This document shows positions 49,101-61,889 of a stretch of DNA of 64,000 bases, piece after piece; position 1 is the first letter of the stretch; each line of letters opens with the position of its first letter. The stretch comes from Takakia lepidozioides (Eukaryota; Plantae; Bryophyta), in contig CM060731.1 in the NCBI GenBank assembly GCA_030704615.1, positions 61,132,001 to 61,196,000 of the forward strand, in the 5' to 3' direction. A program made the position numbers and the translations under genes. A model generated the notes under the pieces. The model ran no database searches, had not been told where the DNA came from, and saw only the letters and a list, made by a program, of their open reading frames with translations.

Positions 49101-52100
49101 TGTATACCCACCAACCAATCTTGTTGAGGGCACTGGAGATTGCCCCCTGACCCCTCAGCCAGGCATTTCATACATTAGATCAAGTTTAAGGTACCTATTA
49201 GTATGTCTGCTTCTTTTTCTCAGATAATTGACCTAAATACTGGATGTTTGTTTGCTACCAACATTTCTCCTATAGGCAAAGGGTAGCTTTCCATGAGATC
49301 ATAAAGCTGTCAGAATGAATCCCTTGAGCTTCTAGTGTCAGGAAGAAGTACACTGCTGGGATGTGGAGAATAACCGGGGTCGTGTCCGACATGGAGGTAG
49401 ATCCCTAGCACCCTGAATCTTCATCCTGGAAACAAAGAGGAATTACAGACATGTAAACACCAGATTTCTGAAAGCATGCCAAGCCAAATGATACTGGTCT
49501 AGCTACAGTAGTTTGATGACAGTTTTGTCAGTGTCTGAGAATAAACTGAGTCCCCATTTCATCAAGAGTTTGTTCTCCCTACAGAGGGTCAGAACCTCAG
49601 TTTACCACAAAATTAATGTGCGGGCAATACCTTCTCTTTACAAGGTCAAGCTCGCTCTCTGATTCACGCATTTTTACACGCAATGTCTTCTCTGCTTCTC
49701 GCAGTTGCTTCACCTACCCACCATATCATCGTAAAATAAATAACCGTCTCTCCTGTCTGTCAAACCTTCCTTGCTGTCACACTTCTGGAGCAAGCCTTTT
49801 GCAATGGTTGTGCACCCCTCCCTTCCCCAACTTTTCTCCAGACTGGCCACCAAGTCTATGTGCACTTAGTTACAGCACTAAAAGTATGGTGAGCTATCTA
49901 ACGCCAATAAATGTACTGTATATATGTATACTCCCTGAGTCATCCGCTCTCTTGTTTTCTCTCACATTTGTTTGGTTTATGTGTTTGTTCTCTACTAATT
50001 TAATGTCTCAGAAGTTTCTTCCTCACTTCCCTACTACTACCAAGTTAGAGACAAGCATGTTAAATGAGAGCATCTCTTTCTCTGCTTCTACTGGCTGTTC
50101 CTCCGATGTGCAGTGACAGAGACCAAACCCATTAAGCTCTAAGTGAACAAGAGCTATCATCTGTTTGATTGTGATCCTGATCCTTCAACAGTAATCTTAG
50201 GAAAGGATACGACTGAATCCCTCTCTAAACCTCCCCTCCTTGAGGTATATGTGTGCACATGGTGTGCACACATAATGTCTGTCTATGCACACTGTGATGG
50301 GCCACCCACTTCTTGCATCAAGGTGGTATTCTCTTTAGCAAAACGGGCTGTGGCCTTGCGATGCACGCTGCGCTCACTTCGCAAATCTTCCTGCCCTCCC
50401 GCATGCCCACACAACCAACCAACAGTCTTTTCTGGCTCTTTCATTCCTCCCCTAAATTCAGCCCAAAAACACTCACGAAGTTCCCTTTTTTCTAGGAGGA
50501 AGGGAAGGAAAGGAAAGGGATGAGCTAAGGTTAGTTACCCAGGCAAGCCAACACTGAGTTATTACTCTTAAAGCCATAGCATGCCAATATCACACACATA
50601 GGACAGATGACTTTAAGTTTTGTAATATTATTATCCATCATGTCCCTGCTAACAGAGGGAAGGACCACTAACCTCTCATCTTGTGAATTCATGAGCTGAT
50701 CCATTGAGAGATCCCAAAAACTTCTCACCCATGGCACATCATGGGAAGGGAACTGACCTGCACAGACATCACATCTTAACAAAGGAGCAGGAACCAAATA
50801 AGTCTTGGCAGATGCTAGACTTATAAGTGCACTGAGTAGATAAACTTAGGATGTTTTCGTTTTCTGGGGAAGAGATTTTCTTCTATCAGAACAGGAGCAT
50901 GTATTTTTGAATTTGACCTTTGCATCATGATCTCATTCTACAAATAAATATTTTCTTTTCTTTTCTAGTGGAAGAGGATGACTGAATACCCATGGAATAA
51001 TAGCGCGCGAAATGTTACTGTAGCCAGGGACTAACAAGAATAGTAGTCCCAACCTGAAGCTGATCCAATCTCGCCCGCAATGTTTGTGTCTCGTTTTGTT
51101 TGTCTTTCTGCACACAACAGTTTTTTGATAAACAGACAAAACAACTGTGAAACAGTACAAAGACAATTTCACTTTGCAGTTTCCTGTGCATGTTGAGGTC
51201 ACTAGAACTTATAGATAATTTTATTGTTTGGCATATTGCAAACTATCAAAGCTCTTAAACCATATCTGAATGGAAGGCCAGCACTTAGAAGAGGTGTCTT
51301 GTTTGATGTCTGATGACACTGTGCAAACCCGAAGATTACGAGAGGAGATCCTATGTATGCCTCATAAGGGGGAATGGCATCCAACCTTAGCATCAAGTTT
51401 GGAGAAGAGTAGGTCACATTTCTTCTGGGTAAGAATAAGTTCCTTTGCCAGCTTCCTTCGGTCATCTTCAATTTCCCTGTACCACTTTGACACAGACTGT
51501 GCAGCTAAAAACAAAGCTGAAATACACATTACCTTCTCATGTACCTACAGATAAACAGTTGTAGGGGTGAAGCCCCTTCATGACACAGGAAAGGCAGTCC
51601 CTGATATGGAATACATGGGCTATTAGTGAGGGCCAAGACCAGCTGGCAAAGCTCCAATGACAAACCAATGGCAAACCAAGACACCCAAAGGGTGGTCCCC
51701 TGGAAGCAACAAGAGTTAAACATGCAAACACTTAATTGCAAAATGGAGGGGATATCTTTAGTACAAACCAACAGGGAACACACTGGACTTGTTCTAGTAT
51801 GAGTAGGCCTTCTCCACAACATTACCTATGATCGGAATGGCCATTGCGTCCAAGTAGTCTGTATGAATCCTCCATGCAGCTCAGCTACAGTTGTCAGCGG
51901 AAACCCCAACATACAACAGTCAGGACGGATTTCCACAATGAATGCCATAAGATGCACAAAAATCTTTGAGAGACCCTCCCCTAAGACTGGCTTGGTATTC
52001 ATCAGTTTTTTTTATAGGTCATTCCTCATGGACCAGCTGGACCTCCCTCTATCAAGGATGTTTTAACTGTCTTTCTTTGTTTCCATAGTAGTTCTATGGT

Positions 52101-54391
52101 TCTTTCCACACTAGCTTCTTTCTGCTTTCTGTCCCTTGGGCTGCTTTTGGGCTTTAGTTTTGTCTCCCCTCTCTTGTTTTTTCCATTTTGTCCCATAAGC
52201 TCTTTTTCCTTTCCGCGGACTTTATAAAGTACCGTTTCATTTCATTTCAATTTTCTACTATGACATCTGGGGTCGGTACTACTCTCTGTTCTGGGACAGC
52301 CAATCCCTCAGTGAGATCTTCTGCTGAAAGGACCAGAAATGACTGGGAGCATATCTAGCAAAGTTCTCCACCTTAGACAATCTCTTGACTTTGAATACTC
52401 ATTTTTGGGCTGCCTGTTGAGGGCCTCACATTCATTGTCGAGTTGTGCCATAAGCTCTTGCCTTCTGTCGACATTATAAAGTTTTTCTCCTTGTTTCTTT
52501 GTTTTTCAACCTTCTGATAGTTCCTAAGTAGGTTCCTTCATATAAATTTGTAAAGCTTTGTAAATTGTTCAGGGAAAGGTGAACAATCATCCTTTGTTGT
52601 TAGAACATCAAGAGAGAATGTCGCACCTGAGCAGTAAGCCGGTCGTTTTCTTCCCTTAATCTCCGTATCTCCATGCTTTGACTGTCAGTGCTTCTAATAG
52701 AATCTTCATCATCAAGTTCCCGACGTCTTTCCACTTTCTTTTGAAGCGTATTTTTAGCATCCTCTAGTTCATCCCGCAAGCGACGTATTGTTCGCTTGAG
52801 TGCCTCTGGCTCTGGATTCTCCTCATACAGTAGCGGGAGAGGGTAGTGCACCCTGCACATCATTGTTAAAAGACAATGCTCAAGCCCAACACTTTCTACT
52901 CCATCCAAACCAGATGCCAGGCTGCTACTACAGGAAATTCTTAATAAATGTATTACCTGCCTGCACAAGGCTACAGCAAGCAATTTTTATTGAGTAAATT
53001 ATCACAGGGCAAGCTGAGCTCATATACTAGCCTGAATGCTCAACCAAATGATTGATAAAACCAATTTACCGATCAAATTCCCCTGTGTAGGTGAGGATGA
53101 GATATCGTTTGTTGCTTGATGCGCTCCGAAAAGGCTGTAGCCCCATGTCCCTGCTCTTCCTGCTTCAGATGGAGCACATGCACACAGACTTCTGTCATTT
53201 AACAGATTCCCAACTTGATCTCGAAGCATACTGGAAGGGAGAGAAAGAAGTTCGTGTAACATTCACTGAAGAATCTTCCAGCAAGTATACAAGTGCAGGC
53301 CCTCTTGCATAGAATAAGAAGTAGACTTCTCTCTGAAAGTTCTAAGAGTATCATAGTGAAATCATGGAAAACCTCTTGGTCTCCCACGGTGTCTGCCATT
53401 GAAGTCTGCCATTGAAGTTCATCCAATGAGAGTTGGGATGGCCAGGGGAACATGGAGCAAGTTCCTCCTGACTGATACTTACTTTGCACTCCTTGAGATC
53501 CAAACACTCTAGCAGATAATACTTCTGTGCATAAGTAAGAGAATTGGTTGCTTTGACTGTCGATTGTGTGCTGAAGAGTGTTGTCTCATTTGATTAAGCT
53601 TATTGAATTGCTGGAATGTAACAGAACAATTTTACTTCTTTATTTGAAAAGTACCGGTTCTTAAGCATTTCCAGGTCCTGGTAGGTCAGCAGGTCAACAA
53701 AAACGGAGTCTGACTCTTGTAAGATAGAGGACCGCAGCATCTTCACAAACACTGCAAATTTCTTGAAGTTGCCTGTCTTCTGAGTGATGTCCTCGATATC
53801 TGCAAACAGGTTCTGGGAATTCCTTTTTGGGTAACCGTACGATGATTTGAACGATTATATTGAATGCATTGTTTTTCACTATAACTAGGGACTACTTGAT
53901 AGTGCTCATTGACGTGAGCTATTGGTTTGTTCCTTCGTGCTTTTCCTGCAGTGAATCGTGACAGTTGGTTGGATGCACTCATTGATCACTCAGGTCCAAC
54001 TTGCAATTGACGGTCATAATAGATGCTGTGGAAGTGAGGAAAACTACTTTGTGCTGACCATACTCCACTAAACTAAGAGTTGAACTGTTGTTTGCATTTA
54101 ATTCGTACCTCCATTTAAGATAAGCGTAATTGACCACCAAGCACACATCCATAGACTGGGGTTCTACTTAGTGCATGTTGTATAGTTGTAAACTTGGAAG
54201 CATATCACGCTAAAGAGGAATGAGGACTGACATCTGGCTGTGAAGTCTCCACGCCAGCGGGAGCCATCCGTCTTATGCTCTGCTTCCACACAAAGCGTAT
54301 CTCCGGGGGCCAGTGCCACCGTGAGCAGATATTGCACATTCTGGAACACCAGCTCCACAACCTGCTCGAACTCCGAACCGCCATGGCTCAT
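46174..54391 (-). CDS. CCDC61: Centriolar coiled-coil protein CCDC61/VFL3 (many exons)
   Basis: The N-terminal head reads ...WRGDFTAR|YIEDITQKTGNFKKFAVFVKML...DLLTYQDLE...KRYLILTY..EFDR|VHYPLPL, followed by coiled coil. The C-terminus is DIDSRLHALQTFLK...* (stop 46174-46176). Confidence 0.9.
48566..48600 (-). mobile_element. 35-nt LINE family A 3' tip with 20-bp target-site duplication
   Basis: gaaatggaacttcagagaga at 48546-48565 and 48601-48620 flanks atgtactcataagattgtttgccg. Confidence 0.75.
52165..52249 (+). mobile_element. Short 3'-end copy of LINE family B in a CCDC61 intron
   Basis: ttttccattttgtcccataagctc...ttccgcggactttataaagtaccgtttcatttcatttca. Confidence 0.75.
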
Positions 54392-54484
54392 AGCTTCCCG
54401 ATTCTTCCGCTCCGACTCACACATACAATTCTCAGGTCCAGCGCCTAATATTATGTCTTTCAATATTATACCTCGCCTCTACAG

Positions 54485-54868
54485 GCATTATCTTCCCTTT
54501 CGTTCCTGCTGATCTGAATTTCCGTATTGTCTGTTGCGAATTCAACATATACGATTAAATCTCGTGTAATTCTCTCTCTTTCGAATAATACCACACGCTC
54601 TCCGAATCTTTTTCTCCTTACCTTTTCTGAAAGACTCTCTCTCTCCCTTTTTAACTCAAAACAACACCATCTCCCTATCGCATTATCTCTCTAAGCATTA
54701 TCTTCCCTTTCGCTCCTGCAATTTCCGTATTGTCTCTTGCGAATTCAACATATACGATCAAATCTGGTGTAATTATCTCTCTTTCGAATCATACCACACG
54801 CTCTCCGAATATTTTTCTCTTTTCCTTTCCTGAAAGACTCTCTCTCTCCCTTTGTAACTCAAAACAAT
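54485..54868. repeat. ~210-bp tandem duplication in the CCDC61/BUB1 divergent promoter region
   Basis: gcattatcttccctttcg...aactcaaaacaa occurs at 54485-54664 and again at 54695-54867. Confidence 0.88.
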
Positions 54869-55624
54869 CTCCCTACGCTCTTTCTCAAGCACGTTGTAGA
54901 ATTTCTTCCAGACCACACACTCTGCGCTTCTCCCTCTCACTCTCGAAAGCAAAGAGAGTACCAAGAAACCCGGAATGGCAACATTGACTAACGATGACAC
55001 ACGTGGCGGACTCACATTGGTTATGTATCAGGTTCTCATCCACAATAGATGTCTTCTGTCCATGAGGCGGAGCATCATCCATGTACAGAATGTACTACGG
55101 CGGGAAGCACCTCATTTCAAACTCGCACAAGGCTGCTTCCAGATCTCGCATTCGTATCCCAATTTCTCTCCTTTGAATTTGCGGATTGCCAGTATGTGAA
55201 TTGTACAAAGGCAAGGATACTTGTACATTGATAGATGATTTTTCTGAGGGTTATTGTAGACTGATGCGAGAATGGCAGACAAAGGGGAGAGAGGAAGAGG
55301 ACAGAAGTGGAATTTTACAGGGGAATCTTCCAAACGATGAAACTGGCAATGCGGGAGAGCCTTGTGACAGGGAGCTGAAGGTAAATTCCTAATTTTCTTG
55401 GTCTTCAGAGGTTCTGAATCTCTGCTGTAGTTTGGGTCGATTTTTTGTAACACCTAGGTATCTGTGCAGTTCAATCTGTGGTCTCGGTGATACATCAGAT
55501 GTTCTCCGATATTTCTATGCTATTGATTTTGGGACGATTCAGCTTAAGCCCTCCTATTAGAGTACTACGGTGTATCTCAACCGAACTGCTATTCGTTGGG
55601 AGTGTACGAAGGTGGGTGGCCTCT

Positions 55625-58600
55625 ATGGAATCAAGGGTGGAGAATGCGCCGCCGATTACGAAGGGGAGACATTGTACCAGCGAGTGTCTCCAGGCTTACT
55701 TGGAAAGTCCTGCTGGCAACAGTCTCTATGAGGACCTGCGCAGGTTTGGATCCGCCCTATCTTCCAAGCTTGCTTAAGCTTACGTTCTTAGTGGTATTAC
55801 ATGCTCACAGCGGATGAGGCCCGTCTGGGATGTATGTAATTCACGCTCATTTAACAGTATCCTGCCCACTTTTGTGTCCTAAAGGCCGGAATTTCCAACC
55901 AGTTACTGAAGTCCGCCCAGATTGTAAGTTTTTTCGTACTGCAATATTTGTGGATGGGACCGCCGAGGTGAAAGAGTTTAACCCCCGCAACGAGGCGGGG
56001 AGGAGACAAGGCACATACAATGGTTTAGGTTTGTTTCATTTCATATTTAATGTTTTGTAAACTAGTTCGATTATGGGCAGGAATGCGATTGAAACCAGCG
56101 ACATTTGCGACGATGACGACCCTCTGAAGCCCTGGCTCTGGTAAGATTTCCTATAAGTCAACCGAAGAGGACGTCAGCAGGTCCAGTCTGGCCTTCAAGG
56201 TTATAAAATTGTCTAGTTTGGTTGCTTTCCAGACAGTCAAATGTAAGGTGTTCTACTCAGAATAGGCCTGCCGCACTGCTTCAGCATTGAACCCCTCCGT
56301 GAAAGCCAATTTGGCTTTAGAGGTGGGAGGGCATGAAGACAAATTAGCTCAAACAAGCACAGCCTGCAAAACCATCAGTATTTGTTGCAAAGCAGCAGCA
56401 TTTTGTGCCACTCCTTCCAATCCAGGTGTTGTAGATTGGACTTGGCCACATAAACTAGGAGATCACTTCGAAGTAACAAGAACATAGTCCACAATTTCGC
56501 CAGTCTCTCAATTTAATTTTCTGCCTGCATAGTTGACTTGCATTCTGTTGCATGGTACTTCTCAATAAAGGATTTGCGGTGTGGTAGGTGCATAAAGTGG
56601 GTGACAGCGGCATGCTCGTCGGGAGTTGCCCAGCTGAAGCTGCCGCCATTGCTTAAGGCGTGCACTGAGACATTTCAGACTGACAAGCGCTACCAATCTG
56701 ATTTGCGCTATTTGAGGGTGTGGGTGCAATATGTCAGTTCTTTCTCTCTGAATCTTGCGGCCCAATTACCTTTCGGCCTCTTTATCTCCTTTTCTCCTCA
56801 GGGCTTTGGGGCGGTTCAGGGTGGGCTCCCACAACCTACGGATAGCGACTGGCAGATGGGAAAACCTGCAGTGGGAGGACCGCCTCTGTCCAGCTTGCAC
56901 AGGGCGCAACCAGGAAATTGAAACTGAAGAACACTTCTTCTTCTATTGCCCTCTATACTATGAGATCTGTGGGAGATTCCATTGTCTATTCCGTGGAACC
57001 CAATCTCTCACTGAAGTCTTTCACTATGCAGATCAGAAATGCTTGGCAGCCTACCTGCACGAGGCATTCACCCTTAGACAATCACTCGAACAATAGTTCT
57101 TACTCTGGTTGCCTGTTTTCTCTCATGTTTTTCTTTCCATTTTGTCCCATAAGCTCTATGAGCTTTCCGCGGACGTTATAAGGCATCATTTCATTTCATT
57201 TCTCTGCATCTTTCGGTCAGTTTTGTTCCTTTCCAATCTAGACAGCTCTGGATTGGACTACAGTAGAGTGTCCTTTTCAGCTTTCTTTTGGGTCAACAAG
57301 TTACAAGAACAAGCTGTGCTCATGTTTAGTTTGATTTGTCGAGGACTGTATAATGTTGCATCAAGTAATATGTAAGTGGTGTCATGCAGGCTGACTGCTG
57401 TTCAGAGCCTGGGGACATCTTTGTCTTTCTGGAATTGAATTCGATAGGGCAAGAGCATGCACTTTTTTACGAGGCATATGGGACGTTCCTGGAATTCCAC
57501 AGGCAGTTCACCAAGGCAAATGAAGCATATGAGCTGGGCTTAATCAGGTCCTTACATGTCTGTTTGAATAGCAGTTCATTCTAAACCTGAACTATCCTTC
57601 CACATCTCTGTATGTTTGATAGAGTTGTCACAACACTTCAATGTTGTATGATTTGACTATGCTAAATGCTAGGGTACATACCAATTTCTAATGAGTAATC
57701 ATACCCTAGGGTTCATGCTTGGAATGGGGGCAGGCAAGCGCAGCCGCTAGGAAGGCTTGAAGCTACCTACAAGCATTTCCTGAAAAGGATGGTGAAGCGC
57801 AACAAACGCAACAAACTGCAAGAAGTAAGTTTGTAGGGTTTTGGTTGATATCCAGGTGCACAACTATATTTCAAAAACATTTACGGAACTGTACTGCAGA
57901 TATTGCACGTTCTGGACCTTATGCTTTGAGGTTTTCCTGCTTCTCCAGGTTATCTATCTTCTTTACTCTAGGTCATCTGACACTGAGATTTAATTCAACG
58001 TTTTGGCTGAGTTTTTCCTCAGCAGTACGCTCTTGAATTCTCTCTATTATGATGTTCATTGATTGGTCATTCAATATCAGGATCAAAATGTACACAATGG
58101 TGAGATGTGTATTACTCTCTTTCTTATACCTCTGATACCTCTTTTCGGGCTAAACTGGCCATTGTTGTTTGAGGGCCATCCAGGAGCAACTTGCTTTGAC
58201 TGGAGGGATGAGTGTGGAGTTGCCTGATGCTTTTGGTCATCAACAAAAGGAAAATTGCAATCCCAATGCAGGTTAGTGGCTGAGTAAGAGTTTAAGGGTT
58301 CTAAATTATCTTGCCTTGTGACATAGATATTCTCTCTGCAATCTAAATTTAATTTGAACTGGCTGGCTGTAGTCAGGGAGACAGGGAATGCCAACAAGTT
58401 GGGTATTGAAGTACTTGCTCCAGTTCTCATTGGCCATGATATTTACACGAGGACCATTGAAGGGGCAGAGACCAGTTTTGAGGAAGCACGGCTGTCACAT
58501 TGGCAGACAACCATTGATGGAAGGACCACTTCACCTCAACCTAAAATGTCTCGCAAGATGATAGAGAGACCTTCACACAAAATGAGATGTGGGGATGAGG

Positions 58601-60467
58601 AGCCTGTGTTTCCAATGACTACCCTCTCACAGAAGGGTGGTGGCCCACAAAATGAAAAGAAGAGACTTTCCCCGCAATTTTCTGCACTCATGGAACACAG
58701 AAAGGAGGAGAGTACACTGTCAGAACTCACTCTTGCTGGCAGCTCTTCAGGCGATGTATTTTTGAAGCTAGGATCAACTATCGAAGCTCAAAATACCCTG
58801 ATAAAGTGTGGTTCAGAAGGGGAGATTGATGGAGCTCCAGCTATTCAATGTCATTTGTCTCCAACAAAAGCAGGTGGAGCTGTAGGCAGTTGTGTCTTAG
58901 CCAACAGAGATGAAACTGTTGCCATTGAACAACGATTGGTCGACCCTACAATCGATATGAAGGAAGCATTGGCAGATATTCTCTCAATGTTTAATAAGCC
59001 TCTTTCCTTTGAGAGATCCAGGCCAAAATCTCGAGCCTTTGACCGCAAGTCTGGGTTGCTGTTGTCTGGAGCCCTGGAGCCCTGGGGTCCTGGAGATTGG
59101 GTTTCGATGGGTGACGATGTGGAAGTTCCATTGGTAAAAATGCTTCCTGCCATGCCCGGGCATCAGAGTGAGAACTTTCAAGTGTGTGAGGAAGGATTTG
59201 AGCAGTCCAAATTGAATAAAAGAGGAGAAGGCACCATGATAAGTGTATTGAACTCAAAGAGCTTTGAGGGCAAGGATCTGGCTGGTCAAAGGGATGGAGA
59301 GGTAGCGCCCAACCACACAACTAGTGCACATGGCTTTAAAGTGTTTGAGGATGAATACTTGGCTGTTCAAGCTAAGCAGGACTGGAACAAAGGAGGAGAA
59401 AACCAAAATATTTTCAAGAGAAAGGAGCTGACTGGCCAAAGGGATGAAGAGCACAGCCATGGACACACTTGCCCCATAGTTTTTGACGAACAAATACAGG
59501 AGTTATCTTTCAGGATGGAGAGTGTGTGTGTCACTAGCTCAGCGCACACATCATCTTTGGCAAGGTGCACGCCCCCCTTTGAACCCTACCTGGGTGATAA
59601 ACTTAATTTGTACTATGGTGTTCTGTAAATCATGCTTGGAAGCTTTGCTGCGTGATCAGTTTTGTGATCTTGCTCTTACAGACTTTTTGGATATGATGTA
59701 TTGATGGTCTCAAATATTGATGGTATTTGTGATGTTTTGCCTGTGTGAAGGATCTCTGACAATTGCCACAAGGAGTGGTAATAGCCTCATTCTTTGGGCT
59801 CTTTGCTATAACTTAATCTGAGGAAAGTTTGGCACGTTTGATTTCACATGTAGGTCCAAATTTGAGCCTCCCATTTTTGAATTACCACCATCATAATGCC
59901 AATTTTTAATGCATTGCTTACTAATGCTATCAACCCGATGTTTCTGCCCACAGAAGTTGCAGTCTTCTCGAAGCTCAATCAACCGTTGCAGAAGAAAGAG
60001 ATGAACACATGCCATCAGAGAGCTTGGATCCCTGGGAGAAAGCCCTGATTGCAAGGCTTCTGGATTCTCTGGACCCACCTTTGAGAGAGTACGCGGTATT
60101 GTGCTCACCGTTAGTAGATTGTAATAGAGCTGTTGATATCAGAGGTTCATGTCACCATGCAGGAATGGGCATATTTGTTGGATTGGAACAAGCATAGAGC
60201 TACTGCATTGCCATCTATCTAATGTGTAATCTGCTGTCAAATGAACAATCCTACCTATCCTAAATTTATTTCTCATAATATGATGCGTTGAACAGTAGAT
60301 CTTAGCTGGCATCTTCTCTGATGAAACAAGATGTAGCTTTAAACCTTTCTTTCCTAATCGAAAATGTGGTGTCACAACAGGGTTTTCTCTGCAGCGATAA
60401 GAAGTACAGCGGGCCAGTAGCTCTCTCATTGTTGAAATCTGGTGTGCGCAACAAAACACTGCAGTTA
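55625..60467 (+). CDS. BUB1: BUB1/MAD3-family spindle checkpoint protein (BUB1-like); 3' part, probably the kinase, continues beyond the window; start uncertain
   Basis: Mad3/Bub1 TPR domain (DDPLKPWL...RYQSDLRYLRVWVQY|AD...IGQEHALFYEAY...AQPLGRL), a GLEBS-like ETSFEEARL, a CD1-like DPTIDMKEALADILSMFNKPL and a pre-kinase LDPW..LIARLL exon. The last visible exon ends at 60467. Confidence 0.85.
56750..57202 (+). mobile_element. 5'-truncated LINE family B (C-terminal zinc finger, 3' UTR, (ATTTC)n tail) in a BUB1 intron
   Basis: LGRFRVGSHNLRIATGRW...RLCPAC...ETEEHFFFYC, near-identical to the reverse complement of 60615-61075. Confidence 0.88.
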
Positions 60468-60514
60468 GGTAAGAAAAATCACCCAAAAGCCTCTCTGATG
60501 ATACAGAATTTTGA

Positions 60515-61889
60515 AGGAAATGCTCAAAGAGCTTATGGGACAAGAAATGAAATGAAATGGTACTTCACAACGTACCGAAATGGTACTTTATAATGCTTAT
60601 GGGACAAGAGGAAGAAATGAAATGAAATGAAATGGTGCTTTATAACGTCCGCGGAAAGCTCATAGAGCTTATGGGACAAAATGGAAGAAAACATGAGAGG
60701 AAACAAAACCAAAGCCAAGACTAAGAACTATTGTTCGAGTGATTGTCTAAGGGTGAAGGCCTCGTGCAGGTAAGCTGCCAAGCATTTCTGATCCTCATAG
60801 TGGAAGACTTAAGTGAGAGATTGGGTTCCACAGAATAAACAGTGGAATCTCCCACTGATGTCGTAGTATAGAGGGCAATAGAAGAAGAAGTGTTCTTCAG
60901 TTTCAATTTCCCGGCTGCGCCCTATGCAAGCTGGACATAGGCGGTCCTCCCGTTGCAGGTTTTCCCATCTGCCAGTCTCTATCCGTAGGTTATGGGAACC
61001 CACCCTGAACCGCTCCAATGCTCTCAGGAGGGAAGGAGATAGAGATGCTGAAAGGTAATTTGGCCTCAAGATTCTATCATCTTGGAGCACCTAATGAGTT
61101 TGTTGCGGTCGTGTCTCCATGTGATGTCCACCCCTTCTGGATTCCTTTGTAATAGGGAAGCAGTAGAGTCCGTTACGCTGAAATAAACTATCCACTCGAG
61201 CATACCAGGAGTGCCTGAAACCTGTAGCTTTGAGCCTCATGCATGTTGCGAGGGCTCTTGCCACGAGCCCCTTGGGTGGAAGGGCCTGTAATCTATGTAG
61301 AAAGATTGTCAGCCGGAAGAGGGCCTCGGTTTGCTGTGGCACGCATGCGAACTCTGCACCTAGGATACGAGATGGAGTTGTGCTTCTGGCGCCAAGCATT
61401 GCTTGGAGAAAAGATGACTGCAATGGTTCCAGATTCTTTTCCCACCAAGAGACTGGAAGACCAGGTGCCCAGAATTCGCAACCATAGATGGTAGCCGGGC
61501 TGACCATGCTGTCAAACAGCCACTTTTTGGTTGGGGGGTGATGCAGATGTATCTGTTTGCATGTGGCCTGAAGGCGGACGGAGGCTGCCTTACCTTTAGT
61601 CAATCTGTCCAGGGCAGTTGCTGCAAAGTGGAATTTGGGGGAGTGGATAACCAGACCCATATACCAGTATGATTTCACAATCTCAATTTCCTGGTGGTTG
61701 AAGATGAATCCACGATCAGCCTGGCCATTGAAGACCATGATCTTGGTCTTGCCAAGATTGACCTGCAGCCCATAGTCTTTCGAGAATTGTTCCAAAATGT
61801 GGAGATGACGTTGCAGGAAGATCGGAGATTGTGCCAACAGGGCAACATCCTCAGCGTAGAGGAGATCTGATTGCGTTGGTCCCCCAACA
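60515..61889 (-). mobile_element. LINE family B (RT C-terminal half to tail) with extra stacked 3' ends at 60515-60612
   Basis: DLLYAEDVALLA...LQVNLGKTKIMVF...YMGL, thumb and zinc finger, with an (ATTTC)n tail at 60615-60633. Confidence 0.88.
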
